Positions 50,436 to 63,000 of a stretch of 64,000 bases of DNA are shown one piece after another; the first letter of the stretch is position 1, and every line of letters starts with the position of its first letter. Made by a program: the position numbers and the translations under genes. Location of the stretch: the NCBI GenBank assembly GCA_963693365.1, contig CAVNZM010000018.1:124001-188000 (forward strand), given 5' to 3'. The notes beneath the pieces were generated by a model. It did no database searches, had not been told where the DNA came from, and saw only the letters and a program-made list of their open reading frames with translations. This DNA comes from Amoebidium appalachense. Its lineage: Eukaryota; Protista; Ichthyosporea.

Positions 50436-52289
50436 GGCAGCCTACATACATGCTGCCGTCTGGAACAGAACCGCCCCAACCCTCATACCATCATGATGAT
50501 GTTTTGCTTGCCTTCAATCATGTCACACAGTCACACTAGTATTTAGTCGTAGTTCGTATAATATGTGGGGTCGGTCGACTAGGGCCTTCTAACATCTAAC
50601 AATGAGGCTTCTGATTGAAGTGAAGTGATGTGATATAATGCCACCTAGATCATATTAGGACCACATACGTTACAAGATAACTCACAGGTCAAATCCATGC
50701 GAGTTTAACACAGCTCATGCAAAAAGTTGAATGTTTGCTTTTAGTTGATAATTTGCGTTATGCTAAATCTCAGGCTAGTGATGCCTTTTTCTATACTTTA
50801 CCCTATGTTACAAGACTTAACATTATATAGTCCTAAAACGTTGCATGATCGAGTCACATAAACGCAGGCTGATGCATGTCAAGAAGTCTTCTATGCCGCC
50901 TGATTATCTGCAATGCTACAACTTGGTCAACAAATTTTCTTTGGATTGTGATGGTGTTCTCGTACAGTATGTGTGTGGGTGGGTGTGCGCAGGTCTGCTC
51001 GTGTGGTGGTGGTGGGGAGGGGAAAGGGGAGGGCGGTGGTTTTGTGCAATTGTGCAGCTGTGAAGGTGTGGGTGGGTGTGTATGGGAGGGGGGGGGAGAG
51101 GGGGAGGTTTAGACCTTGTCCCCCCCTCAGCTCCCGCCTTCTCCCTCCTCCCACTCCCAACTCCCCCTTGCATCTCCCGTGTAACATGTACACGGCTCAC
51201 ACATAGTATCCCCCGCTGCCTAGTTAGAATGTGCACCCCATTCCCCCACCTCCTCACGACACATTGAATTCACATATCACATTTATGTCCTCTCCAAGCC
51301 CTTCCTGCTACGTGTGGCAATAAAATGCACAATCGAAAAGAGCGAATGTACACATATTATAGTGCAATGCAGCCTGCGCGCATGTATGCACTTGGGAAAG
51401 CTTCGATTCCCGGGCTATTTATTTAGAACCACATATGTCCACAACACGGTTCAACCTGATGAGCAGACCCTGCGTGTTCTCACATACACACTCCACACCC
51501 GCGCCATTCTGGAATTAAAACATATGCCCAATGCCTTGAAATTCCTCGCATCAGCCGGAGGTAACTATGCTGCATATGAAAAGAACTTCCGAACAAGACA
51601 CCGGGAATTGGGTATGACACGTTAAAAAGAACATCAGCCTAAAATAAGTTAAAAAGAACATCAGCCTAAAATAAGTTCGCGTTCGAAACATGTGTGCCGT
51701 ACATACCAAATCGGGAATTCTTCGGACCTCATTGTGCCTGGCCCCAGAAAGAACATTTAGGAAGGAGCCGATATAATGTGCTCCGGCCTGTCTGGGTTCA
51801 CCTCGCCCTGCTGCCCCCACACACCCTCCCCTCCACTTCTCCGCGTTGACGAGACGGCACACGTGGCAGACAGGAAGGTGCTACAGAACAGGTCATTTGA
51901 AGCCAAGCCATGCGTTTTGCACAGAACATACACAAGCGCAACCTCTCACTCACCACATCCATACCTACCCAGCAAAAGTATTTGAAACGAAACAGACTTG
52001 AATCCAGCCAGGCAGGCTGCTCCGGGGCTCACAGATGGAGCACCCTCACAGTTCCCACCCACCGCAAAGGCTGGGCGGGACAAAGGGCTGCGTCAAGGCA
52101 TCCAGCCTGGCTACACTAGCCCCTCTCGACTCACTCTACCATACACAGAGGGTTGCGTGTGTGCGAATGGAACATGTTCGAGCCAGCAACTACCACACGC
52201 ACCCGCCCCTCCGCCCCGTCCTCTCCACATGCACAGTACAACACAAATCGCAAGCAAGCGGTGAAACACTCGGCCGGTGCGGACGAGGG

Positions 52290-53075
52290 CCCTGTGACCG
52301 CCCGCGCCTTTGCTGGGGTTTGGACGGCCCAGTGCGTGCTCGCCACCACTTAACCGGCTAACCGAACCAAGCGTGTCACTGAAACACACCACAGGCACAA
52401 CACACACTCGACTGACTCATGAGGGCATGAAGGGGTCTTTATAACCTTCGTCATCTGTTGTGGTGGGCTGTGATTGGTCGTTAATGTCTATTTGAAGCTT
52501 CTATTTTGGGAAACATTTTGGCAGCCAATTCGGAGAATTTTCTTTAAGCACTAAAATGTTACTAATCAGTGTATTTATTGTGTGCATAGCTAAAATGACA
52601 ATTTGCAGTTTATTGTCTCCTTTTTCTGATTTGTGAAGCTTTGGAAGAAGTTTATAGTTTATAGTTTCATTGTTTTGCACCGCCTCTGCTTATCTCCCGA
52701 TAAGGTTTAGGTAACCAATCACAGCTCACCTTCCACCAAGGCTATAAACACCCCTTCATCTAGGCACACTGAGTGCTGTCTTCCCTGCGGCTTTCTTTTT
52801 TTTTTTTTTTACCTTTTTTTTTTTTTGTTGCCGCAGGCGACAGTAGCCCCGTGGCGTAGTAGTGCCCGGCCACTTACGTAAGCCAGTGGGTACATATCCT
52901 TGGAGACTACCCTTCATCCGGGATCATCTCAGTCAGTTGTGCGCGTGTGATGTACGTGTATGTTGTCTGTGGTGTGTTCAGTGACCGTCAGTGCTTGGTT
53001 CGCGTGGCCGGTTTTAGGGTACCGGTAGCGAGCATGCACTGGGCCGTCTAAACCCCCAGCAAAGGCGCGGGCGCC
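52290..53075. other. Inverted, divergent duplicate pair: CCAAT/TATA-like cassette followed by a conserved non-coding block
   Basis: The reverse complement of 52290-52480 aligns with 52713-52760 plus 52930-53075. Confidence 0.75.
52766..52910 (+). repeat. Repeat family S2, copy 1
   Basis: CTGAGTGCTGTCTTCCCTGCGGC-(T-rich)-GTTGCCGCA...GTGGCGTAGTAGTGCCCGGCCACTTACGTAAGCCAG..GGGTACAT..CCTTGGAGACTA; recurs inverted at 55343. Confidence 0.85.
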
Positions 53076-53542
53076 GGGGGTAGGCAGATCCAAGTGGAAG
53101 ACGATTGCCTATGCAGGTAGGTGAAACGGGATATGTATATAAGAATGAAAATAAAAACAGAAATGAGGTTGGTACAGATCATGACGTGACAGTGCTTAAA
53201 TGAAAAAGTTTGTCTCATTAACACCGTAAAATAGCAAAGGAAAAAAGGGTGGCGGTGGTTGTGGTGAGGGGGGGGCAAGGAAAAAAAGAAAAAAGTCAAA
53301 ATATCTCCACTTGGGATGTAAAATTCTGTGGCGTCGTTTTCTGCATATACCCTCTTGTTGGGTATTATTATAACATATAATAATTATAACATATAACTAT
53401 TATAACATATAACTATTATAACATATAATTATTATAACATATAACTTATACTTATAACAGCTCACATGCACGTCATATTAAACAGCTCATCGGTTCTACC
53501 CCGGTTCTACCCCCTCCCCCCTCCTCCCTCTTCCCCCCCCCT

Positions 53543-53573
<31 letters not shown>

Positions 53574-53954
53574 GAGTCCCCAAATTGAAATGATCCATTC
53601 GCTGAATATTATAACGTACAGTATTCGGCTCGGAAAATTTTTCTCGTTCACACTGCAGATTGGGCCGTGTTCCGTTCGGAAATTACGGTTCTTGGAATCA
53701 CTCTCCAGGTTTCTGGTCGATGTCGGCAAGGCTTGGGTGTAGGCCCGCAGTGTACAAACATGTTACCGTCGGTATATTAGGTTCGCATCTGTTTGCTGTG
53801 GTGGAGGTATGGTAAGGTGAAAGTGTTCACGTCTGTTACACAACAAAGGAAATTGTTGCTCAGAGATAAACATCACGGACACATTCTCAAAAAATCTCTG
53901 ACATATTTTTTGCCTAATATGAAAACGTGGATAAGTCCGCGGAACCCAATCATT

Positions 53955-54243
53955 CACTGTAGTTAGCCTTAATTTAATTTAGCCTTAATTTAATTTAGCC
54001 TTAATAATTATTAGTAATAAAGCTTTGGTGTCTGTACATTGCCATAGTCAACTAGCTCGGTTTCAACTCTAAACCATGAGTTAAAGAGTTGCTGATAACA
54101 CAGTGCATTTTCGGAATTCCAAAACTCCCTGTAAACTTTCACTTACAATAACAGAGAGCTTTGCCAATCGATGCATTCACCGTACAGCCATGACAACCTC
54201 AGGATGTTACATGTGGTGCAGTGTGTCGCTGCTACGGTGTTTA

Positions 54244-54280
<37 letters not shown>

Positions 54281-54377
54281 GTGCGTGTGTTGTGTGTGCG
54301 CGCGCACCCGCGCATGTGGGTGTGTGTGTTTGTGTGTGTGTGTGTGTCTTACGGGGTAAGGGTTGTGTGTTTATGTG

Positions 54378-54430
<53 letters not shown>

Positions 54431-55042
54431 CGCGCACGCGCGTGCGTTGTGTGCGTGTGCGCGCGCGTGGATACGTCCGTGTGTGTGTGTGTGTGTTTGT
54501 GTACGTTATGGGATAGGGTGGCGGGGAGAGGGGGAGGTTTGAGGGGGAAGGGGACGCGGAGGGGGTGGGTGGGTGGGTGGGTGGTGGGGGGGAGGGGGGG
54601 GGGGGGGGGGGGTAGGCAGATAACATTACCGGAAGGAGGTCTACTAGCAGCCTGCCTTGCCCACGTGGCAGGTGGTGGATGAGTTTCTCTTCCAGATGTT
54701 TCTTCAAATATTTCACTAAATCGGTGAATGTGGGGCGCCGGGCTGGCTCCCTCCAACAGGCCTGCATGATCCCATACAGTTGGTAGTATGTCTCATTGAT
54801 GCTGGGGACGGGATGTGTGCGATTTGAAAGGCGGAACCGAGGTTTGTTCTGAATCTCCCGCAGGAATTGTTCCACAAGAAGTGGTGGGTCCATGCATGGG
54901 TGCTCTGCCGCCTGTTATGGCGTAAGTGGGCGTGTTAGTGACTGCACAGCACTTATTACTGTGATGGTGGTTTTGGGGCTTTGAAAAAGGTTTTTTTCCC
55001 CATATTTTTATTATTATTATTTTCATTTTATTTGTTAACCTC

Positions 55043-55073
<31 letters not shown>

Positions 55074-55498
55074 GAGGGGAGAGGGGAGGGGGGGTTCAGC
55101 TGAAAGACAGAAGGCTTGTGCCAGTGGTGCTGGCAGTGAACTTTGGCGCGCTAAAAAGTTTTTATAAAACTAATAAAAAAAAGTAGGAATAAGTTAAGAA
55201 TACTTAACCGTGAAAAGCATTTGACGCTTGTGATTGCACGGACAATTTGACTCTTGTGATTGCACGGACTGAACTGGTAACTGGATATCGTTTCTAAGAT
55301 TTAATGTGGACTTTACAGTTGCATGCTACCATCGTACGGGCACTAGTCTCCAAGGCTATGTACCCGCTGGCTTACGTAAGTGGCCGGGCACTACTACGCC
55401 ACGTCGCATGCGGCAACTTAAAAAAAAAGTATAAAAATGGCCGCAGGGAAGACAGCACTCAGAGTGACTACCGGGCACAATGATTTTATATATATATA

Positions 55499-55565
<67 letters not shown>

Positions 55566-55761
55566 TTTATTTTGTGTGACATGTTGACGACCATGTAACT
55601 GACATGTACTTCATGCCGTTGCGTGTACTTAATGTCACCACTGTGTCACACAACCGTTAACACAGTCATGAGCTAATCCAAATTTAGATGATCTTGGTAA
55701 TCGTAGGAGACCGGCACTGTTTCTTCTTTGTCGAGTTCACAATCGGTTCTTTTTAAATTGT

Positions 55762-55803
<42 letters not shown>

Positions 55804-55946
55804 ATGGGGGGCGGGGGCGCGAGGGGGGGGAGGGGAGGGGGGGGGGGGGGGATAATAGTATTAGGATAATATTAGAGAGCGTTTTGAGGAGGAAAGATGT
55901 CTAGAGAGGGAGAGATGAGGCAGGGGGCCGGAGGGCCGCCAGGGTG

Positions 55947-55991
<45 letters not shown>

Positions 55992-56624
55992 GGGGGGGGG
56001 GAGGGGGGGGAGGGGGGGGGCTCACGAATTGTTGGTACTCTTTGTTGTACGGCTTTTCAGCATCGTTTGTGATCTCCCACAGAGTCACGCCAAATGCCCA
56101 CACATCACTGTGTGCACTGGGTGGGTGGTGGTTGAACAGAACCCATGGGTCGGTTGACCAGACGGGTAATGGGGGGGGAGGTGTGGTCCTAGAACCTGCA
56201 ACCATTGTAGTCAGCGTGTGATGGCATAATGGTACGGTATTTTGGACTGGCTGAGTTTGTAGAGATGTTATTACCCCTCAAAACGTTTCTTTGGTCGTAA
56301 ACCCAACATTCCTGAAAGCTTATAGTTTTTACTATATTGTTTTGTAGAAATTGTTGTCCTGCAGGCAGCGCTGCAGCCAAAAATGTTAGCCAGCAAGGGG
56401 ACAAAGCTACTGTAACCTTTTATGGTTAGCCACCTGCCAAAAATGGCGCGAAACGAAATGGCTAATTTTGATTGGGTAACGCCTGCCCTCATGCTGTGTG
56501 TGATGGGGTTTCAGATTGAATCCTTGGTAGCTTTTGATTGTGGATAGTTTCGAGTTGGTGTTGTGAGTTTTGATAGATGTGACTTCAATCATATCATGAC
56601 TGGGACGGTGTGAATGGAGCATGG

Positions 56625-56671
<47 letters not shown>

Positions 56672-57795
56672 TGCGTGTGTGTGTGTGTGTGCGTGTGTGT
56701 GTGTGTGCGTGCACGTGTGTGTACGAGTGTGTGTATCTGTGTGTGTGTGTGTGTGTGTGTGCGTGTGTGTGTGCGCGCACGCGCATGCACGCAAGGGTTT
56801 CAAGTTATCTTTGTTTCTTATGGTCGTGTGTGCGTACCGTAGTGTGCTTTTGTGTGCATTCACACTTCAAGTACAATGAGTGAGGTGAGATACAGCCGAG
56901 AAGAGATTCTCTGATATTCGATGGAGAAAATCATTAACAGAGTGTGTTTGTTTTGGAACCCGACTCAGTCTATCCAATGGGTGTGAGTGTGTGTGGTGGC
57001 TGTATGGTGCTGTGCGTGTGCCTGCAAATCTTCGTAGGCATATGCACGTGTGTCTACCAGTATATCCCCTGCAAATGATTCTACCTAAAGGTCTTGATCA
57101 GTGCATGCCACCAGATAGCTTTAAACCTACTGTTGTCACCAGTATGTATCATTATCCTATCAGTTTTCTATCTTCACTCCTTATTTAGATGATACTTTGA
57201 TGGTTACTATGCTGTATGTTACCTGAATAAATATGGGGGTGGCAGAGATAGGAGGGTTACTGGGCACACATACCTTGTGAGGCTGGGGCTATATCGGTGT
57301 ATCCCCCAGCATTCATCACCGCGGCCAGTCCAAAGTCAGTGAGCTTAACCACCGGATAGTCTGTGCACCGGGTGCGGTTGATGGGTGGGCGGAAAGGCGG
57401 GAAGGGCGGGGTTGGGGGGGGGGGGGGGGAGGAGAGGGGGAGGGGGGGAAGGGGACCGGGGGAGGGGGGAGGGGACCGGGGGGAGGGGGGAGGGGGTGGG
57501 AGAGAGGCGGGGAGAGGGGGGAGGGGAGTGGGCGGGGGGTTGGGAAGGGGGCTGGGGGAGGTGGGGAGGGGGGAGGGGGAGGGGGGAGGGGAGGGGGGGA
57601 GAGGAGGGGTGAACGGGTCAGATTGTGGAGGCTGCGGACTCATGCACAATATGTGTAGGGAATTTGGAAAACATGTGAGCACATACACCTACTGGTGAAA
57701 CGGCATATAAACACATGTAAAGCAATTAAAGGGTGGGAAGGGTGGGAATGGAAATGTTTAGGGAAGAGGAGGAGGGGCCGGGAGTGCAGGGGGGG

Positions 57796-57856
<61 letters not shown>

Positions 57857-58088
57857 CGGGGAGTGCAGCGAAACTTACTGAATCCGTGCCCATTGTATGT
57901 AGCGGGACGCAGGAGACAGTTTCTTACGGCTAGATCGCGGTGTACCACTTTCTTGAAGCCCAGAAACTCCATACCTAGAGCAATGTGGTATGCGTGCCAG
58001 AATTTGATGATCACTATTTCTGTGACTCTATGTGGCAGTGTGTAGGTGTGTGTGTGTGTGTGGGTGTGTGTGGGTGTGGGTGTGTGTG

Positions 58089-58147
<59 letters not shown>

Positions 58148-58882
58148 CGGGCGTGTATGTGTGTGTGTGTGTGTGTGTGCGTGCAGTTAGGAGGGGCCGG
58201 ATGGGGGGGGGGGGGGGGGGGGGGGTTCTGCAGAATGCAGGTTCAGGCATAACCTGGGCAGCCAGGATTGCTCATTGGAAGACATGGAATGCACATGGAA
58301 TGCAGTTGGAATGCACATTGTAGGGTGGAGTCTCAATAAGTGCAGGCATACATACCCCCTGGGAATATCGCCGTTTTTGAGAGCGTTCTCCAGGCTTCCG
58401 CCAACCACAAACTCCATCACTAAACCACGTGCCTTGCCCGGTAGGTCTGGTGAAGTTAGGCCTAAGCACATGGCTACATTCGGATGATTGAGTCCGAGCA
58501 TGGCACCCTGCCCGGGGGGAGGGGGGGGGGGGGGGAGGTGAGGAAGAAGGGAGGAAGGAGGGGCGGGGGGAGGGGGGAGGAGGGGAGGGGGGGGGGGGGT
58601 ATGAGTTACCGAATACGAAGTTTGTAACATCTTTACGAGGGACAAAACATGGCAGATGGCAAAGCATATGTGAAGCGGATGTATAATAACCATAGTAGAG
58701 TAGAGTCAACCACCCTCTGACGGTGCGTGAGGGTGGGAGGGGATCGGTATGAATGTCTGTAATCTGTTCCTGATTGTGTGTGCTTGCGTGTGGGTGTGAG
58801 ACTGTGTATGTTGTGTAGTCTGTGGATGTTTGTGTGGGTGTTAGTATGTGGACGTGTGTAGATGTGTATGCAACACGGTGTG

Positions 58883-58919
<37 letters not shown>

Positions 58920-59207
58920 ACGGTGTGCGTGCGTGTGCGTGTGCGTGTGTGTGTGTGCCCTGCTGTGTACTAGTAATTTGTGATTGCTCCTAGGGCAAGG
59001 GTGCCCTTTAATGCGTGCTTGCATTGACACGCATATCAACGTGTGTTAAAATCAGTTTTTACGTCATGGAGTTATGTTATTGTAGGGCACCTACAGCCTC
59101 TTGCTGTATGGCCTCAAGTATAGTTGTTGCATTGAGGGTTTTTATCGCAACAACATACCACCGACCTTGAGTTGTTGGCGCTGATTCGTCAACATATATA
59201 ACAGCCC
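53955..59207 (-). CDS. Tyrosine kinase-type catalytic domain, multi-exon; Gly-rich loop not found; 3' end uncertain
   Basis: [83 protein letters not shown] in colinear GT-AG exons. Confidence 0.87.
55343..55466 (-). repeat. Repeat family S2, copy 2, in a kinase intron
   Basis: Reverse complement of 52766-52910 with small indels. Confidence 0.85.
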
Positions 59208-59393
59208 CTGTCAACATGCAACTGGTTAGTCGTCGTGTGCACGCAGATGAGATTAAAACAAGGGTGGAAGGGGCGGAAGGGGGCTGGGGGGGGGGGCTAG
59301 GGGGGTGAGTAGAGCCGGAGAATTACAAGGGAACGCGGATTGGATATTAGAAGGGAGGGGTAACTCTGGGGGGGGGGGGGGGGGGGGGGGGGG

Positions 59394-59631
59394 TCATGGA
59401 TAGCCGCGCCACAATTTCAGTGCAATTTTCACTCTTGTTTGCGATGTAGGGAGAACTGCATGGAACGCGGTTGGGGGCGCAAATATGCATGCCGTTGTAG
59501 TTTCCGGCGTAAATTCCGTCGCAGTCTATCCCGGGGTTTAGGGAGTAAAATTCCTCCTCGACCATGCCCATACGTACCCATATCCGGTAGCAGTAATGTT
59601 GGAGTACACTGGTACTCCCGGCTAGCAATGT
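59394..59631 (-). CDS. Exon encoding most of a Cys-containing LysM domain plus the start of a second, truncated at a C-run
   Basis: Acceptor CTAACAG, then CYRIWVRMGMVEEEFYSLNPGIDCDGIYAG..ICAP..CSSPYIANKSENCTEIVARLSMT, matching the C..I......F..LNP..C....G...C LysM pattern. Confidence 0.7.
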
Positions 59632-60051
59632 CTGTTAGAGAAAGTTTCTGAGCAATTGAATAACTGTTTCAACACTCACTCGAGTGCATAGAGCTTTTGT
59701 TTACGGTCATATTCATATATGGTAGTTATATGTTTGAGCCAAAACTGTACCAATGACGAGCTTCACTAGCAACGTGCTAATTGTGCTCTCTTTTCGGCTA
59801 TTCCCGGTTCAGATGATGTCATGTCTATATTTGCCACAGGATTCTATTCTTAGAGTGGTAGTGTGCTTTATTCCCGGATATTCTCAGAATATTTTTAGTT
59901 GTGTGAAGCAAGATTTACGTTTAACTGCAATTGGTGTGTTAAACACGTTTATTTGTGTGCTTTAGTGCAAGTTAACTAGCCACTCAACGTGCACAGTTAA
60001 CTTTTATATCTTTAACGACTTGTTTTCATTGTGCTCTCTTTTCGGCCATGC

Positions 60052-63000
60052 TGTACATGGCCCACCACCAGGGTGCACACGAGGCCACCATGAGGTGGCC
60101 AACGACTATATAAAGCAGTGCCTCCCATGTCACAAACATGGGAAGCAGAACGTTTGATTTACACTTTTCTACTGTCGTTTCCAGTGCACAAAACACATAG
60201 ACTAGTTACCCATCATACACGACACTATGTCTCAGACAACTTACAGTTGCAGCAACTAGTCCAACTACTGGAGCAGAGGTTGGCCTCACAAGATGCAATC
60301 ATTTCTGACTTACAGAAGGAACAACGTGCACTAGAACTAGCTTCTATGAACACAATGTCCAACAGGGTTATGGGCCCCTCACGTAATGATTCCATCAAGT
60401 TCAAGGTCGACATCCCTCTCTTCACTGGCATTGATAATGATTCAGGCACGGACTACCACACATGGGCCGAAACCATGTATGTCCAGCTTTCTGGTGCTGG
60501 TCTTCTCCACACCATCGCGCCCAGTACGGAGCACCCGGCTACCCGTGAACAGGTCGACACTGCCCGTTCCTACCTGTGGCAAGCACTCTCGGTTGACGTG
60601 CGTTGTATCCTAGGGTTAACACGCACCACCACACCTGCGGAGATATGGTCGGCCCTATCTGCCCACTACCTGGAGCAATCTGAGGCCAATCAGTACGACC
60701 TTATCGGGCTGTACATGAATTCTACGCCTGAACCTACGGACACCGCGACGAAATACGCCATGAAACTCCGCGGCTACGTGCGGCGCCTGGCCGATTACGG
60801 CACACAAATTGGTGATGCTCAAGTGCTGACCAAGCTCACCAACGACCTCGGCAAGGTGCCTTACTACGAAATGCCTGTAATTGCCTACAAGATGACACCC
60901 AAGCCTACCGTGATGGGCCTCCTCCAACAGCTACGGGCATATGAGACCAGCCACCCACGTGCACGTGTGACTACCAGCTCCGGGCCGGCCGCCTTCACCA
61001 CACGGGCTCCTCAACCTGTCATCTGCCACGGCTGCGGCAAACCAGGCCACATCAAGTCTCAGTGCCCCAACGGCAACGGCCAACACAGCAACTCTGGCAA
61101 CAACCGTGCCAGCACCTACCCCAAGGGTTCCTGCGTCAACCACCCACTGTCTACCAGTCACACTACCGCCATGTGCAAGGGGGGCAACCGTGCCAACGGC
61201 CGCAAACCTAAGGGTGGTCCCCTCCCGCCTGGGTCCTGCATCAACCACCCTGCCTCTACTACCCACACTACGGCACAGTGCAAGGGGGGGCTGCCGCTCC
61301 CCGGGCTTTCCTCATGTCTAGCAACGACTGTGGCACCAACAAGGTGCTCCTCGACTCTGGAGCCACTGACCATGTGTGCCCCCGGCCCGATGTGTTCATC
61401 AACATGCGTGCGGCGCCTTACTCCACGGTCCAAGTAGCCGACAAGGGTGCATGTGCAGTGCTTGGGGTGGGCGACGTGTTCTTTTCCAGCACCATCGACG
61501 GCGTTACTGCGGTGCATCAGCTGACGGATGTACTCTACGTGCCCTCCATCCCCGACACTCTCATCAGTGTGTTCACGGCAACTACCAACGGTGTTTTACC
61601 CCGCTTTGACACCCGCGGCGGCGTTAAGTTGTGCTACGGCGATCAAATTCTGGCCACCGGCTCGGCTGTCGGCACCAAGCTGTACCACATGGCGGTGTCT
61701 CTTCTGCGCGCGGACACAACCCCGGACGCCCAAACCACCACTGCTCCGCGTATCCTCAAGGTTACTGCCGACCTCAACACGTGGCACTACCGTCTGGGCC
61801 ATGCTGGCATTGACGCTGTACGCTCGGTCATCAAGTCTGCAGGCCTGTTGGTGGGTGGCGGTGCCAAGTCTCCGGGTGTGTGTGAGCCCTGTGCCCTCGG
61901 CAAAGCCCACCGTGTTGCCTTCTCCGAATCAACTAGCCAAGCTCCCCGGGTCCTAGCCAAGGTTCACAGCGACATCAGCGGCCCCTTCCCTCCCGCGATC
62001 GGTGGTGCTCAGTACTTGGCGACGTTCCACGACGAATTCACCGGCCACACCACGGCCGTGCCCCTCGTCAAGAAGTCGGACACACTGGCTGCATATGTGA
62101 CGTACCACATTGTCAAGGCGGCGGTTACCCAACACGGTGTTCCCATGCAGGTGTTTCAGTCCGACGGGGGGGCGAGTACATGGGCACGGCCTTCGGGGAC
62201 TACAACCGTGAGCATGGCATTCGCCATCAGATCACTACCACCGGCTCTCCTCAACAGAATGGGACTGCCGAACGACTGAACCGGACCCTCCTCGACATGG
62301 TTCGGGCACTCCTGCAGCAGTCCGGCCTTCCGGTGGGATTCTGGGCCGAGGCAGCTGTGACCGCGGCTTTTATACGCAACATGCTCCCGTCGCGAGCCAC
62401 CGGCAGCCAATCGTCTCCCGCCCTGCTGTGGACCGGCATTCCTCCCGACTACAGCCGGCTCCGTGTCTGGGGCTCTCCCTGCTACGTCCATCAACAGGAT
62501 ACACCGAAACTGGCGCCTCGTGCCGTCAAGGGCATCTTCGTGGGCTACCCTCCTAACATCAAGGGCTACAAGGTCTGGATTCCAGCAGCACACAAGATGA
62601 CCGTCAGCCGTGACGTGCAGTTCGACGAGGCTGCTATTCTGCACCCCCTCCGTGATGTCCCATCTGATTGGTCGACCGCACCGGCAATTCATCATTTTTT
62701 GGAGTCATCTGATTCGTCAAATCAGCCAGCCAATCACATCGTCCGGAATGATCAGCAATCTGATTCGTCTCGTCTGTCAGCCAATGGGACAGCGCCGAGT
62801 GATCAATTGGACATTCCGATCCTGCCCGAGCCTGCACATCGGCTCCCCCGGACGACCCGTAGTGGCGCTGTGTACAACGACCAACGTCGAAGCCCGACTG
62901 CCAACGTGGCTGCTGCTACGGCCCCCCTTGCCCCCCAGGCTACGGCTCCTGCATCAACACCCATCAAGGCTTCCACCATTGTTGTCCCCAAGACTGTCCG

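Noticed and set aside
53040-53062. Telomerase RNA template (CTAAACCCC)
   Set aside because: It is not a 1.5-repeat template, and the twin copy reads CCAAACCCC.
52766-55466. Single TIR transposon capturing a kinase exon
   Set aside because: The enclosed exon is colinear and in phase with the rest of the kinase, and no TSD is evident. Two independent S2 insertions is simpler.
61284-62172. Programmed -1 frameshifts in the Copia polyprotein
   Set aside because: Both breaks (61284-61290 and 62166-62172) are G7 runs repaired by one extra G, and one lies inside the integrase core (SDGGGEY). Homopolymer under-calling is the likely cause.
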